A stretch of 64,000 nt of DNA from Leptonemataceae bacterium (GTDB lineage: Bacteria > Spirochaetota > Leptospiria > Leptospirales > Leptonemataceae), in assembly GCA_965227295.1 (NCBI GenBank), contig OZ245742.1, forward strand, positions 1,856,001-1,920,000, in the 5' to 3' direction. Numbering within the stretch: the first letter of the stretch is position 1; every line of letters begins with the position of its first letter. A program made the translations under genes and the position numbers. Of this stretch, positions 47,689 to 57,700 are shown in pieces. Below the pieces are notes generated by a model. The model saw only the letters and a list, made by a program, of their open reading frames with translations. It did not search any database and was not told the origin of the DNA.

Positions 47689-48649
47689 CGTGTTGCTCCA
47701 GGAATTCGACCAGAAGACGTTTCACATCCTCCGGCGCTTCCTCGTGAGGGAAGTGACCAACGTTTGAGAGATCCGTGCGCATTGCAACGGTAAAGAAATC
47801 TTCCCAGGCCTGCGCGTGGACCGGACCCACGAATCCGTCGGCCGCGCCCCAGATCAACTGCATCGGAACGTTTTTCAAAGAGGTTGCTGCCGCCGTGCTC
47901 GTGCGTTTCAAAAAGTCGATGTCCTCGTCATCGTAGGTCGCCTTCAGAAAACCGAGCGTGCCGAGGCGATCCTGCGCGTTGCGATGCAATGCCAGGAAGT
48001 GCCGGTGCATGCGCCGACTGAGGCCGCCGCGGCCCCAGGCGGACTTCACCATCACCCGCGCGGAAAAATTCATGTACCGATACAGCCAGCGCATGAAGGC
48101 GCTGCGAACGATCGGCAGTTGTTTCGCGAAGCCGGGATCGATCTCCAGGAACGGGCGACACCAGGAGTTCAGGACCGAAACGCTGCGCACGCGGCCCGGG
48201 TGTTCCGCCGTAAGGGCATGCATGGTACGGAGACCGATCATGCCGCCGAAGTCGTGGAGGACAAAGTGCCATTCCGGCAGCGAACTACCCGGAGGCGCTT
48301 CTCGATCTAACTTCAGGAGCAGAGAAGTTAGATTGGCGGCGTGGTCCTCCGGACGATACGTCCACCGGGCCGGACGATCCGAAAGGCCGAAGCCGATGTG
48401 ATCCGGCGCAATGACACGGTAGCCCCGCTCCGCGAACGAGGCGATGAGTCGCCGGAATTCGAAGCTCCAGCCCGGGGTCCCGTGAACCAGGACCAGCCGT
48501 CGGTGGCCTGCGCCCTCGTCGATGTAGTGCAGGTTGCCGGCCGGAGTCTCGTGGAAATGCGAGGGGAACGGGTACTCGTCTTTCAGATACCAGGCTGAAG
48601 CTTCCAGTTGCCGGCGACGGTTGAGACCCTCAGGTGTTTGAATATTCAT
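47666..48649 (-). CDS. Alpha/beta hydrolase, haloalkane dehalogenase/OleB-like
   Basis: HGTPGWSFEFR, PDHIGFGLSD, HDFGG nucleophile elbow and GHFPHEE. Confidence 0.9.
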   Translation of the reverse strand: MNIQTPEGLNRRRQLEASAWYLKDEYPFPSHFHETPAGNLHYIDEGAGHRRLVLVHGTPGWSFEFRRLIASFAERGYRVIAPDHIGFGLSDRPARWTYRPEDHAANLTSLLLKLDREAPPGSSLPEWHFVLHDFGGMIGLRTMHALTAEHPGRVRSVSVLNSWCRPFLEIDPGFAKQLPIVRSAFMRWLYRYMNFSARVMVKSAWGRGGLSRRMHRHFLALHRNAQDRLGTLGFLKATYDDEDIDFLKRTSTAAATSLKNVPMQLIWGAADGFVGPVHAQAWEDFFTVAMRTDLSNVGHFPHEEAPEDVKRLLVEFLEQHDAAATHG

Positions 48650-48684
48650 AACTGAATATTCGATAAATAAAGTTCAGTCGGCAA
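48639..48684 (-). promoter_or_regulatory. Probable TetR operator/promoter of the hydrolase-tetR operon
   Basis: Palindrome TGAATATTCA (48639-48648), near-copy TGAATATTCG (48653-48662), inverted repeat ACTGAA...TTCAGT, and a TTGCCG -35 on the minus strand. Confidence 0.55.
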
Positions 48685-48794
48685 GTTTTTTTGGGGCCCC
48701 GCCTCGAATACCTGCGAGGCGTTCTCATTCTCAAGCGCATCCAGGTTGGCGGAGAACCGGGTCCTGACCGCGCGGCCAGGACGATCCAGACAGA

Positions 48795-49185
48795 AATGTA
48801 TGATATTCTGACGGCACTTCCGGCCGCCGGATCGACGTTCTACGTGCAGTGCGTGCGAGGCAATGCGGACTACGCGACGTACTGGTCTTCCACGACCCAC
48901 GTCGCCTGCGACAGCTCCACGTCGGATTGCTCCGGAGGGGATGATCCATCGGCCGGTGCGTACATGGCCTTCGGTCGTGCTCTGGGTTTCAACAGCGGTA
49001 CGATTACCGACGTGCACGGCGCGGGTGCCCAGCGCAGCGACGACAAGGACGATGTGAGTACGAAAAGCGGCGCCCAGAGCGGGAATGTCGGTTTCGGATC
49101 TTTTTATTATCATGGTCCGCAGGGCGACATCCTGCGTGACGGCAACGGCGAGGACGGCCAGTACGTGAGGTGCGTGCGCAACTGA
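48795..49185 (+). pseudogene. DUF1566 (Lcl C-terminal)-like protein fragment
   Basis: YWSSTTH...AYMAFGRALG...DVHGAGAQRSD...GPQGD...YVRCVR; lacks the N-terminal portion; start uncertain. Confidence 0.65.
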
Positions 49186-49207
49186 TTGCTGAGTAAGATG
49201 ATTTCTG

Positions 49208-49353
49208 TCGACCGGGTTGGATTCGAACCAACATAAGTGCTTGTAAAAACTATTCGATTGGATCGCCCGTTTATAGAACGATCCGAGTGAGTAACTTTGT
49301 TTCTGCTTTGACAGTTGACGAAACTGTTGCCTTTACCATTTGGCTACCGGTCG
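49208..49353 (-). ncRNA. tRNA-like RNA with a 78-nt structured variable arm (tRNA mimic / Y-RNA-like candidate)
   Basis: Acceptor CGACCGG/CCGGTCG+A; D arm GCC-AAATGGTAAA-GGC; anticodon arm ACAGT-TTCGTCA-ACTGT; 78-nt insert; T arm GTTGG-TTCGAAT-CCAAC. Confidence 0.8.
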
Positions 49354-49398
49354 GTATTTTACTTATGACTCCATAGTGTTCTGCACGCCCCTGAACGA

Positions 49399-49436
49399 AG
49401 AAAGGCGAGCCTTTGGTCGGGCTCGCCTTTCTGTTT
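49399..49436. terminator. Strong hairpin, possibly a bidirectional intrinsic terminator
   Basis: AGAAAGGCGAGCC-loop-GGCTCGCCTTTCT 13-bp stem with T-rich tails on both strands. Confidence 0.6.
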
Positions 49437-50010
49437 CAGTAAATATGTCACTGAACTAAGGCAAGCGCACGCCTCCGGCCGGCGCAAGGTATTCGACGCC
49501 GGTCGCGCTCTCGTTGTGGTTGCGTGTCTTATGCATGATCATTCCTGATTGCTTACCGGAAATTGGACGATAAGGATCGCAGAAATCTTCATAAAAAATG
49601 GCGCGTTTCTTGCTGGCCCGGGCTGCACGGCCCGCGGTAGTCCGGCGGAAGTCAATAGCAGCGAAAATTTGGGCTATCATCGCAACAATTTTTAGGCCGT
49701 ATCAAAGATCGATAATTGGTTAGAGCTTGCGGGCAAAAGACTTGCCCCCGGCGGGCAGGCGTGCTGAATCTGTCCCCCGATATGAGCACAATTCGCCGCC
49801 CGATCATCCTGTGCGCTGTCGCCGCGCTTGCGGTGACGGAGCCTTTCAGGAATACGCTCTGTTCGGTGGCCTCGCCAGCTTCGGGCTACGTACGATTACG
49901 AAGCTCTTCAACAAGGTGTGGTCGTGGGTCCGCCAGGTTGTTTACAAATCACTCGTATGGATGGCGGCGCGTCTCGGTGCTTCCCTGTCGGCGCGGCTTG
50001 AGTTTGTGAA

Positions 50011-50769
50011 GTGGCGGCAGCCCCGGCCGGAGGTTCCTTTACGCCGTGCGGTCTGGGCGTTCATATCGATCCAGTCTCGACGGCGGCCGTAGACTCGATG
50101 TTTGGACCGTGGGCCGTCGATGGCGATATTTACATGAGCCCCAGCGAGCAGCAGTGGAAGCAATCCAACGTCATCTTACATGAGTACGGGCACTTTTTGC
50201 ACTGCATGGTCCTCGGTGACAGCCGATCGATTGAAAATATCACGGCTTACTGGAACGAGATTCGTCGTGATCCGCAGGGCTTCATAGGCAAACTAATCGC
50301 TCAGTTTCATGAGGGTATCGCGGAGTATTTCGCTTTCTCGCTGTCGGGCCGCTTTGGATACACCGGGGCAGAACTGCTGAACATCGAAGAAAACTGGTCC
50401 CCGTACTTCTTTCGCGCGACATCCAATTCGACCCTGCTGCTCCCAGGAAACTATTTACTGGATGTTCTTTACCAAAGTGATTCGACGATCGCATCCATCA
50501 CATCGATCTTGCACGACTTACATGATTCGGAAGCCGATTCACATCCCGCCGTTTCTTATGCCGGAGTAACCGACGTCGTTAGTTCGGGATTTATGGGCGG
50601 CAACATCAATCCACTGATCGCCAGTCTTCCGGCACGGCCGACGATCGATGATCTTTATCAAACAGCGCAGGCGCTCTACGCACCGCGCTTTGATGTCGGC
50701 TGGAATCATGTTTATTTTCGCAAGTCCGGCTCGTTTTCGTACGACATTTCAAGATGGGTAATCGAATGA
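50011..50769 (+). CDS. Gluzincin-type metallopeptidase domain (probably a 5'-truncated fragment)
   Basis: VILHEYGHFLH zinc motif and downstream FHEGIAEYFA; lower GC; no clear start or RBS. Confidence 0.65.
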   Translation: MAAAPAGGSFTPCGLGVHIDPVSTAAVDSMFGPWAVDGDIYMSPSEQQWKQSNVILHEYGHFLHCMVLGDSRSIENITAYWNEIRRDPQGFIGKLIAQFHEGIAEYFAFSLSGRFGYTGAELLNIEENWSPYFFRATSNSTLLLPGNYLLDVLYQSDSTIASITSILHDLHDSEADSHPAVSYAGVTDVVSSGFMGGNINPLIASLPARPTIDDLYQTAQALYAPRFDVGWNHVYFRKSGSFSYDISRWVIE

Positions 50770-50936
50770 ACTATGCAAGGCATCTACTCTTGAGTGCCGC
50801 TCTGTTCGCGGCTCTGACACTCGGTTGCTATAGAACCGGCGGCGATTGCGATACGGAATGCCAGCAGGAGCGAGCAATCCCCCTGCTTATTTTGCTGTTG
50901 CTGGATCAATCGACGCAACAACAGAATCAGAACTAA
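50766..50936 (+). CDS. Small lipoprotein
   Basis: ATGA overlap with the upstream ORF; MNYARHLLLSAALFAALTLG-C lipobox; 56 aa. Confidence 0.55.
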   Translation: MNYARHLLLSAALFAALTLGCYRTGGDCDTECQQERAIPLLILLLLDQSTQQQNQN

Positions 50937-51255
50937 GGTTTGCAAAGAATCGTTCTCTATCGCGCCACCGGATTCATCGTATTTGTTCTTTCTGCAAGCG
51001 CAGCCTGGTTGGCTATTCTCAAGTGCTGGAAACGCCCGGTAGCGGTGATCGCGCTCTATCCGGCATTGAACGTCATTGCCCTGATCGTGCTGTCGCTCGC
51101 TGCCATGCTGGAATGCTGAGAGTGCTCAATCAGACAGCGCTACAACTGAGTAAATCTCCTGAGAGTGCAAGACCTCGCATCCGCTTTTGCAATTTCTTAA
51201 TATATTTTAAATAACTCCGGATCATCAGAAAGGCAAGAGCGGTCGCGGCCAGTAC

Positions 51256-51600
51256 GTGTATTACAAACACCGCTGCACCAACGCGGAACGCCCTCGCTAC
51301 TTCTCGGCGCCCCGCCTGATCGAAGCAATCGACGCGGCCGTGGCCAGGCTTCAATTTACCGAAGCCTACGCGGAACGTCTCGGCCGCCTCTTCGAGGGGG
51401 CGATGACTCAGCAAGCATCGAATTTCAAATCGGATCAGAAGTATATCCGGTTGAAGTGCGAAAGATAGCCGTATTCGTTCCTGGCGGACGAAGGAATCTA
51501 TCTGGCACCCCGCAAATGAAAAGCAGTAGAGACCGCATTGCGCGGACTCCTGAAGTACTCCCGCCTTTCAGTTGAGGGTGTTCGATTTCGTTTATTTCTG
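51256..51600 (+). pseudogene. Large serine recombinase remnant (zinc-ribbon/coiled-coil part) abutting tRNA-Ser
   Basis: YYKHRCTNAERPRYFSAPRLIEAIDAAVARLQF resembles the recombinase zinc-ribbon region; the frame from 51538 reads into the antisense tRNA (…LRRGRDSNP). Confidence 0.5.
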
Positions 51601-51687
51601 CGGAGAGGGAGGGATTCGAACCCTCGGTCGGTGTTACCCGACACACGCGTTCCAGGCGTGCACCTTAAACCGCTCGGACACCTCTCC
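51601..51687 (-). tRNA. tRNA-Ser(GGA)
   Basis: GGAGAGG acceptor stem, CACGC-CTGGAAC-GCGTG anticodon arm, long variable arm, GGTTCGAATCC, discriminator G; CCA not encoded. Confidence 0.97.
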
Positions 51688-51782
51688 GGGAAACCACGAC
51701 GAAACGGGCTTGCCGATATCGACGCGTCCGAATACGATTTCTACAGGGCCTGTCCGGTCAACCACAAGACGCCCGCCGCCGT

Positions 51783-53234
51783 ATGCCTGTAGCCGCCAAG
51801 CCCGGTTCCGTCCGCGATCAAAAACTCAAGCCGGTCGTTCACGACGGCGTCGCCCACGCCTCCATGCTGGGCTCCGGCGAAAACTACTTCGGCGCCTTCG
51901 CGGTCTATCTCCAGGCCACGAACTGGCAAATCGGCATGCTGGCAGCCCTGCCGCCGTTCCTGGGATCGATCTTCCAGTTCAGCGGGGTGCGCGCCATGGA
52001 GCGGCGGCCGCGGCGCCGACGGGCGTTGATGGTCGCGGGTGCCGTCGTGCAGGCCGCGTTCCTCATACCCATCGCCGGCCTGGCCTTCGCCGCTCCGGGC
52101 CTCGCCGCCTGGGCGCCTCTAATATTGATCGCCCTTGTCACCGGATACTGGGCCGCCTCGTCCTTCGTGGCGCCCATCTGGAGCGGCGTCGTCGGGGATA
52201 TGGTGCCGCCGGAAGAGCGCGGGCGATTCTTCGGCGCGCGGAACGTGCGCGTGGGCTGGGCGACGATGATTACGCTTGTCGGCGCGGGTCTGGCGTTGGA
52301 GATCGGCACACGCTTTTCGATGACGGCGGCGGCCTATCTCGGCATCTTTCTGTTTGCGGCGCTGTGTCGGCTCACGTCGTCCTGGTGGTTGAGTCGGTAT
52401 GATGATCCGCCGTACGAGGTCCGCCCGGAGCACTACTTCAGCTTCGGAGAGTTTATTCGGCGTTCACCGAACTCCAACTTCGCGAAGTTTGTTTTTTTTC
52501 AGGCGAGCATGAACTTCGCGGTGTGGATCGTGGCCCCGTACTTCGCCGTCTACATGCTGCGGGATCTTAACTTTTCGTACATGGAGTTTATGATCGTTAC
52601 GGTCACCGGGGCGGTCTCGCAGTTCTTGCCGATGCACTACTGGGGTCGGCTCACGGACAGCTTCGGCAATAAAAAAGTGCTCACGGTCTGCGGCTACGGC
52701 ATCGTGCTCGCCCCGGTCTTGTGGCTCTTTTCCACGAACTTCTATTATCTCATCTTCGCTCAGGCCGCGGCGGGTTTCGCCTGGTCCGGGTATCTGCTCT
52801 CCACGTCTAACTTCATGTTCGACGCGGTTACGCCGCCCAAGCGTGCCCGCTGCGCCGCCTACCAGTCCTTTGTGAATGCGATCATGGTCTTCGCGGGTTC
52901 CATGACCGGCGCCGTCTTTGCGCTGCCGTTCCTGGCGGAGCCCATCCTGGCGGTGTTGCCGTCGCACTTTACCGGCGGCTCGGTCATCCCGGCCATCATT
53001 CTCGTCTCTGCCGTGCTTAGATTACTGCTCTTAATTATTTGGGAACCGCGATTTAGAGAAGTGCGCACCGATGTGGAGCCGGTACGTCACCATCAACTCA
53101 TCTTTCGCCTGAGCCACATGCGTCCGGCCCAGGGCATGAACGTCGGTGTATTGTACGGCGCGGAAGAGCCGTCCGTTGCGGAAGCGGATGCGCAGGATGC
53201 GCCGTCCGTTAACGATCCCGCAGAAAGGCCCTGA
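51783..53234 (+). CDS. MFS transporter
   Basis: About 12 TM helices; GDMVPPEERGRFFG and WGRLTDSFGNKKVL. Confidence 0.88.
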   Translation: MPVAAKPGSVRDQKLKPVVHDGVAHASMLGSGENYFGAFAVYLQATNWQIGMLAALPPFLGSIFQFSGVRAMERRPRRRRALMVAGAVVQAAFLIPIAGLAFAAPGLAAWAPLILIALVTGYWAASSFVAPIWSGVVGDMVPPEERGRFFGARNVRVGWATMITLVGAGLALEIGTRFSMTAAAYLGIFLFAALCRLTSSWWLSRYDDPPYEVRPEHYFSFGEFIRRSPNSNFAKFVFFQASMNFAVWIVAPYFAVYMLRDLNFSYMEFMIVTVTGAVSQFLPMHYWGRLTDSFGNKKVLTVCGYGIVLAPVLWLFSTNFYYLIFAQAAAGFAWSGYLLSTSNFMFDAVTPPKRARCAAYQSFVNAIMVFAGSMTGAVFALPFLAEPILAVLPSHFTGGSVIPAIILVSAVLRLLLLIIWEPRFREVRTDVEPVRHHQLIFRLSHMRPAQGMNVGVLYGAEEPSVAEADAQDAPSVNDPAERP

Positions 53235-54147
53235 CGTCTTCGGCGGTGCGACCGGGAATCTCTTCCATGGGGATGTGGCCGGCGTCGTCGTAGAAGATGA
53301 GCTTCGAGTTCGGCAGGTCCTCGTCGAAGCGTTCGCCGAACTCCGGCGGAATCCAGACATCCTGGCCGCCCCAGAGAATGAGCGTGGGGTGTCGAATCTC
53401 GCCGATGCGTTCGAAGGGCGGCGGCCGGTCGTTGCGAATGCGTTTCAGCAGCGCCCCGCGATTGCCCTCGCGCCGCAACAAATCGTGGTAACGATCGATG
53501 AGGGCGTCGGTAATGAGTGCATCGTTGCCGTAGACCTGTTCCAGGTTGCGGCGAATCATGAAACGCGGCGACACGTAGCGCATGATTTCGCCGACCACCG
53601 GCGTGCGCGCGAGCCGGAAGATGGGCGGGCTCTTTTCTCGCGGATAACCGGCGGCGTCGATTAAGATCAAATGACTGACACTCAGCGGATGCTCCAGGGC
53701 GAAGACCCAGGCGATGCCGCCGCCGAGCGAGTTGCCGGCCACGGTCACGCGATCGAGGCCGGCGGCCCGGACGAAGGCGTGCGTAAACTCGGCGTACTCG
53801 GGATACGTATACGCAAACTCCGGATCGGCGGCGGGGCCGGTGAGGCCGTGTCCGGGCAAATCAAATCGAACGAGCACGTAGTCGTCGCGCAGTCGTTCCA
53901 CCCACGCCTCCCAGGTATGCAACGAAGCGCCCGTGCCGTGGATAAGCAGCAGCACCGGTTTGCCGGTTGTTTCCCCGTTCGTTTCGATGCGATAGTGCAC
54001 GGCCGTGCCCTGCACATCCAGGAAGCGCGATGGCGGCGGGGCGTATTTTTCTTTCAGGGATTCCAGCGGAAGGTCCGGGTACACGACAAGATACACGCCG
54101 CCGCTCAGCAGTGCGAGGAGGATGATCGATATGCTTAGTTTACGCAT
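53209..54147 (-). CDS. Alpha/beta hydrolase with N-terminal anchor
   Basis: HGTGASLHTW, DLPGHG, GNSLGG, WGGQD and GHIPMEE. Confidence 0.92.
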   Translation of the reverse strand: MRKLSISIILLALLSGGVYLVVYPDLPLESLKEKYAPPPSRFLDVQGTAVHYRIETNGETTGKPVLLLIHGTGASLHTWEAWVERLRDDYVLVRFDLPGHGLTGPAADPEFAYTYPEYAEFTHAFVRAAGLDRVTVAGNSLGGGIAWVFALEHPLSVSHLILIDAAGYPREKSPPIFRLARTPVVGEIMRYVSPRFMIRRNLEQVYGNDALITDALIDRYHDLLRREGNRGALLKRIRNDRPPPFERIGEIRHPTLILWGGQDVWIPPEFGERFDEDLPNSKLIFYDDAGHIPMEEIPGRTAEDVRAFLRDR

Positions 54148-54177
54148 GATTGCAGATTAAGTATTGATGAAAAAAAG

Positions 54178-54675
54178 TTAAGCGCGCTTCGCCCGGAAGA
54201 ATTCGCGCAGCAGGGCCCCGTATTCCGCGCGGTACTCTTCCAGGAGGACGAAGTCCGGATAGTGGTTCAGTCGCGCCGCGGCCCCGTCGCCGTGTTTCGC
54301 ACCGCGTTCCCATTCCAGGAGCGCGGACATGGGCGCCCCTTTTTCCGACCGTGCACAGTAAAAAATGCGCCGCACCCGCGCGAGCACAGCGGCGCCCGTG
54401 CACATCATGCAGGGTTCGAGGCTGCTCAAGAGTACGGCGTTGCTCAGGCGTTCGGATTTTTCGGTCGTGCAGGCGGCGCGCAGGGCCAGCAGTTCGGCGT
54501 GAGCCGTGGGGTCTCGCCGTTCCACAATACGGTTCCGTTCCAGGGAAATGCGGCGCACGCGGTCTTCTTCGACGGCGAGTACCATGGCCGCCACGGGAAC
54601 CTCGCCCGCGGCCGCGGCCTCTCGGGCGCAGGCGAGCAGTTGCGTGACGTACTCGTGCGGCGGCACTTCCATCAT
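54178..54675 (-). CDS. tadA: tRNA adenosine deaminase (TadA-like)
   Basis: GEVPVAA, DPTAHAE, LEPCMMCTGA and C-terminal LLREFFRAKR. Confidence 0.85.
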   Translation of the reverse strand: MMEVPPHEYVTQLLACAREAAAAGEVPVAAMVLAVEEDRVRRISLERNRIVERRDPTAHAELLALRAACTTEKSERLSNAVLLSSLEPCMMCTGAAVLARVRRIFYCARSEKGAPMSALLEWERGAKHGDGAAARLNHYPDFVLLEEYRAEYGALLREFFRAKRA

Positions 54676-54743
54676 GCTCGACAGCAAAGCACGACACGGT
54701 GCCGTCGTAAAGCGCGATTGACCTGCAACGAAGCGTCGTTGCA

Positions 54744-57700
54744 GTGTCGGTCGTGGAATCTTTCTACATGATGATCGGCGCGGCAGTGTGCATTGCGGGT
54801 GTCGGTGGTTATCTGCTGGGGCGGCGACAGACGAGACGGCGCGGTGTGATTGCATTGCCCGCCTTTGACGATAAGGCGCGGAAGCCGGAACCGGAACCGG
54901 AGCCCGTGCCGAATCCGCCGGCGCAGGCCGTTGCAACGCAGGCTCCGGAAAACGAAAATACAGCCGCGGAAACACCGGCGCTGCGTTTGCAGGCGATCCT
55001 CCGTGATCTGGACACGACGTTCTATGATCTCGCGCATCCGCGGGATCTTCTCGAACAAAAAGCCTTCGCGGACGGCGTGGCGTTGCTCGCGGATCGCGAA
55101 AGCTTCGGCCCGGCGGAGCTGGAAGGATACGTTGCCGGTGACAGTATCACCGCCGCATGCCTGGCGTTGCGCTCCCTGGAGCTGCGAGCGGAAGATCATC
55201 CTGAAAAGGTTCCGGAAGTAGCGCGCGAAACCGTGCTGCGATTTTTGCCGGGCCTGAGTACGTTTCCGTTGTACTACGCATTGCGATTTCTCGGCGCCAC
55301 CGCCGTCGATCAAAGGTCCGTGGCGGAAGTGCTGTTGTATGTAAACGAATGGTGGGCCGGTAACGCGCTGGTCGTAACGATTCTGGGCGAATATCTCCAG
55401 GAGGCGTCGAAGCAGCATCCGGGGGCGCCGGCTTTCGGTGACGCTCTGAACGAACCGCCGTCGGCCATGAACGTCGAGGCCGTCGCGAAGGTTCTCGATG
55501 CGTTGAACGTGAACGGCCGTTTCGATTTGCGCCGGGAGTTCGAAAGATTTCGGCGCACGCAAATCGATCGCGGTTACCTGAACGGCATCGGCCGCATTCG
55601 CGAGGCGCGCGTACAGAAGAACGGCATTGTGGCGCAGCCGGACTGGGAGCCGCGCCTGAGTGCTCTGGAGCGACAACTTCGCGGCAAGCAACCACGTTCC
55701 GTGCTCATCGTCGGAGACCCGGGCACCGGCAAGAGTTCGTTCCTGGAGCTCCTGCTGGATCGCTTCAGCCGAAGCGGCTGGAAGATTTTCATCGCCGGCG
55801 CCCAGGACGTCATGGCCGGGCAGACCTACATCGGTGAAATCGAAAAACGCGTCCGTGAACTGGCCGGCCATCTTGCGGTGGATCGCAAAATCATCTGGCA
55901 TGTCCCGGACTTGATGGAGATGCACTACGCCGCCCGGCATCGTTACAATCCCGTAAGTTTACTTGAGATGTTCTTACCGTACGTCGAATCCGGTGCACTC
56001 ATCATCGTTTCCGAAATTCGCAGCGGGACCTACGAGCGTTTGTCGCGCTGGAAGGCCCGGGTGCGCACCGTGTTCGAGACCGTGCGTTTGCGCACGCCGG
56101 ACGACGCCGAGGCCGTCGCGTTATTCCGCCGCTGGGCCGAGCCGCAATACGGCAATCTGCACTCAAGTTTTCTAAAAGAAGCCATGCAGATGGCCCGCCA
56201 GTATTTCAGCGACCAACAGGCACCGGGCAATCTGTTTACATTCATGAAGATGGTCCTGGGTCGCCTGGAACGTGGACGTGAGAGCAATCCTGGGCGCGCG
56301 CCCGGTCAGGACGATTTGCTCCAGACCCTGGCCGGTCTCACCGGTTTGCCGGTGGCGCTGCTCGACGAACGCCAGAGCCTGGATCCGGAAGACCTGCGTG
56401 AACTTTTCTTGAGTCGCGTGGTCGGCCAGACCGAGGCGGTGGATTGTCTGGTGGAACGTGTGGCCATGATCAAGGCCGGCCTCACCGATCCGAAACGTCC
56501 CTACGGTGTCTTTCTGTTCGTCGGGCCCACGGGTACCGGCAAAACCGAAATCGCTAAAACCCTGGCGGAGTTCTTGTTCGGATCCGCCGATCGATTGCTG
56601 CGCTTCGACATGAGCGAGTTTCAGAGCTACGATTCCCTGGGCCGGCTCGTGGGGGAGGGCGGCCTTGAGGACGCGAACGATCCCGGCGACGGTTCCCTGG
56701 TGCGTAAGATTCGCAAACAACCGTTTTCGGTCCTCCTGCTCGACGAATTTGAAAAGGCGCATCCGAACGTGTGGGACCTGTTCCTGCAGGTCTTCGACGA
56801 CGGCCGATTGACCGACCGCCAGGGGGTGACGGCGGACTTCCGGCATAGTATCATCATACTAACTTCTAACGTCGGAGCAGTAGTATCCCGGGGCCCGGGC
56901 ATCGGATTTGAATCCGGGAGCGGCGGTACGTTGTCCGTGTCCGGTGTGGAGAAGGGCCTCAGTCAAACGTTCCGCCGGGAGTTTCTCAATCGCATCGATC
57001 GCATTGTCGTATTCCGGCCATTGTCCCGGGCCGTCATGCGGGAGATCTTGCAGAAAGAGCTGCGCGCCGTGATGGGCCGGCGCGGTTTGCGGCATCGCGA
57101 GTGGGACCTGGAGTGGGACGACTCGGCCCTGGAGTTTCTGCTGGATCGCGGTTTTACGCCGGACCTGGGCGCGCGCCCCCTGCGGCGTGCGGTGGAGCGT
57201 TATCTGCTCTCACCGCTGGCCATGACCATCGCGCGCCGTCAGTATCCCGAGGGCAGCCAGTTCCTGCTGATTCGCGGCGATAGCGAGGGACTCCAGGTGG
57301 ACTTCATCGATCCCGATCGCCTGGAATCCGAAGACGTTGAAGCCACGGACGTTCCGGAGGATCATCGCGATTTGCGCGGCCTGGTGTTGCAGGCCGCGGG
57401 GACGCCGGAAGAGGCCGCGCTCTTAGAACGTACTTTACAGAGGTTAGGGCAGCGGGCATCCGAGGACGACTGGCTCGCGGCGAAGAACGAACTCATCGAA
57501 CGTACGAATCAGGCGGACTTCTGGGAGTACGACGATCGTTACGCCGTGCTGAGCCGCATCGAACTCTTTCATCGTCTGGAAGAAGCCCTGGAAACGGCCG
57601 GCTCGTTGTATCGCCGGCTCACGGATCGGCGGCCGCCGTACAGCCCGGACCTCAGCCGGCGCCTGGCGCGTCTATTGTACCTGCTCGAACAGGCGCAACT

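Noticed and set aside
48690-49200. Direct repeat (att) of the tRNA-Ser 3' end marking the island's far boundary
   Set aside because: Only short partial matches inside coding remnants were found; there is no convincing repeat.
49208-49353. Ordinary tRNA-Thr(CGT), tRNA-Sec, tmRNA or intron-containing tRNA
   Set aside because: The 78-nt variable arm and C37 are incompatible with a normal tRNA-Thr; TCA is not centred in the loop and the acceptor stem is 7 bp; there is no G3-U70 pair or tag ORF; the insert is not in the anticodon loop and is too short for a self-splicing intron.
51572-52402. ORFs overlapping tRNA-Ser and the MFS gene
   Set aside because: They are antisense translations of the tRNA (e.g. 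GEGGIRTL) and alternate frames of the transporter.
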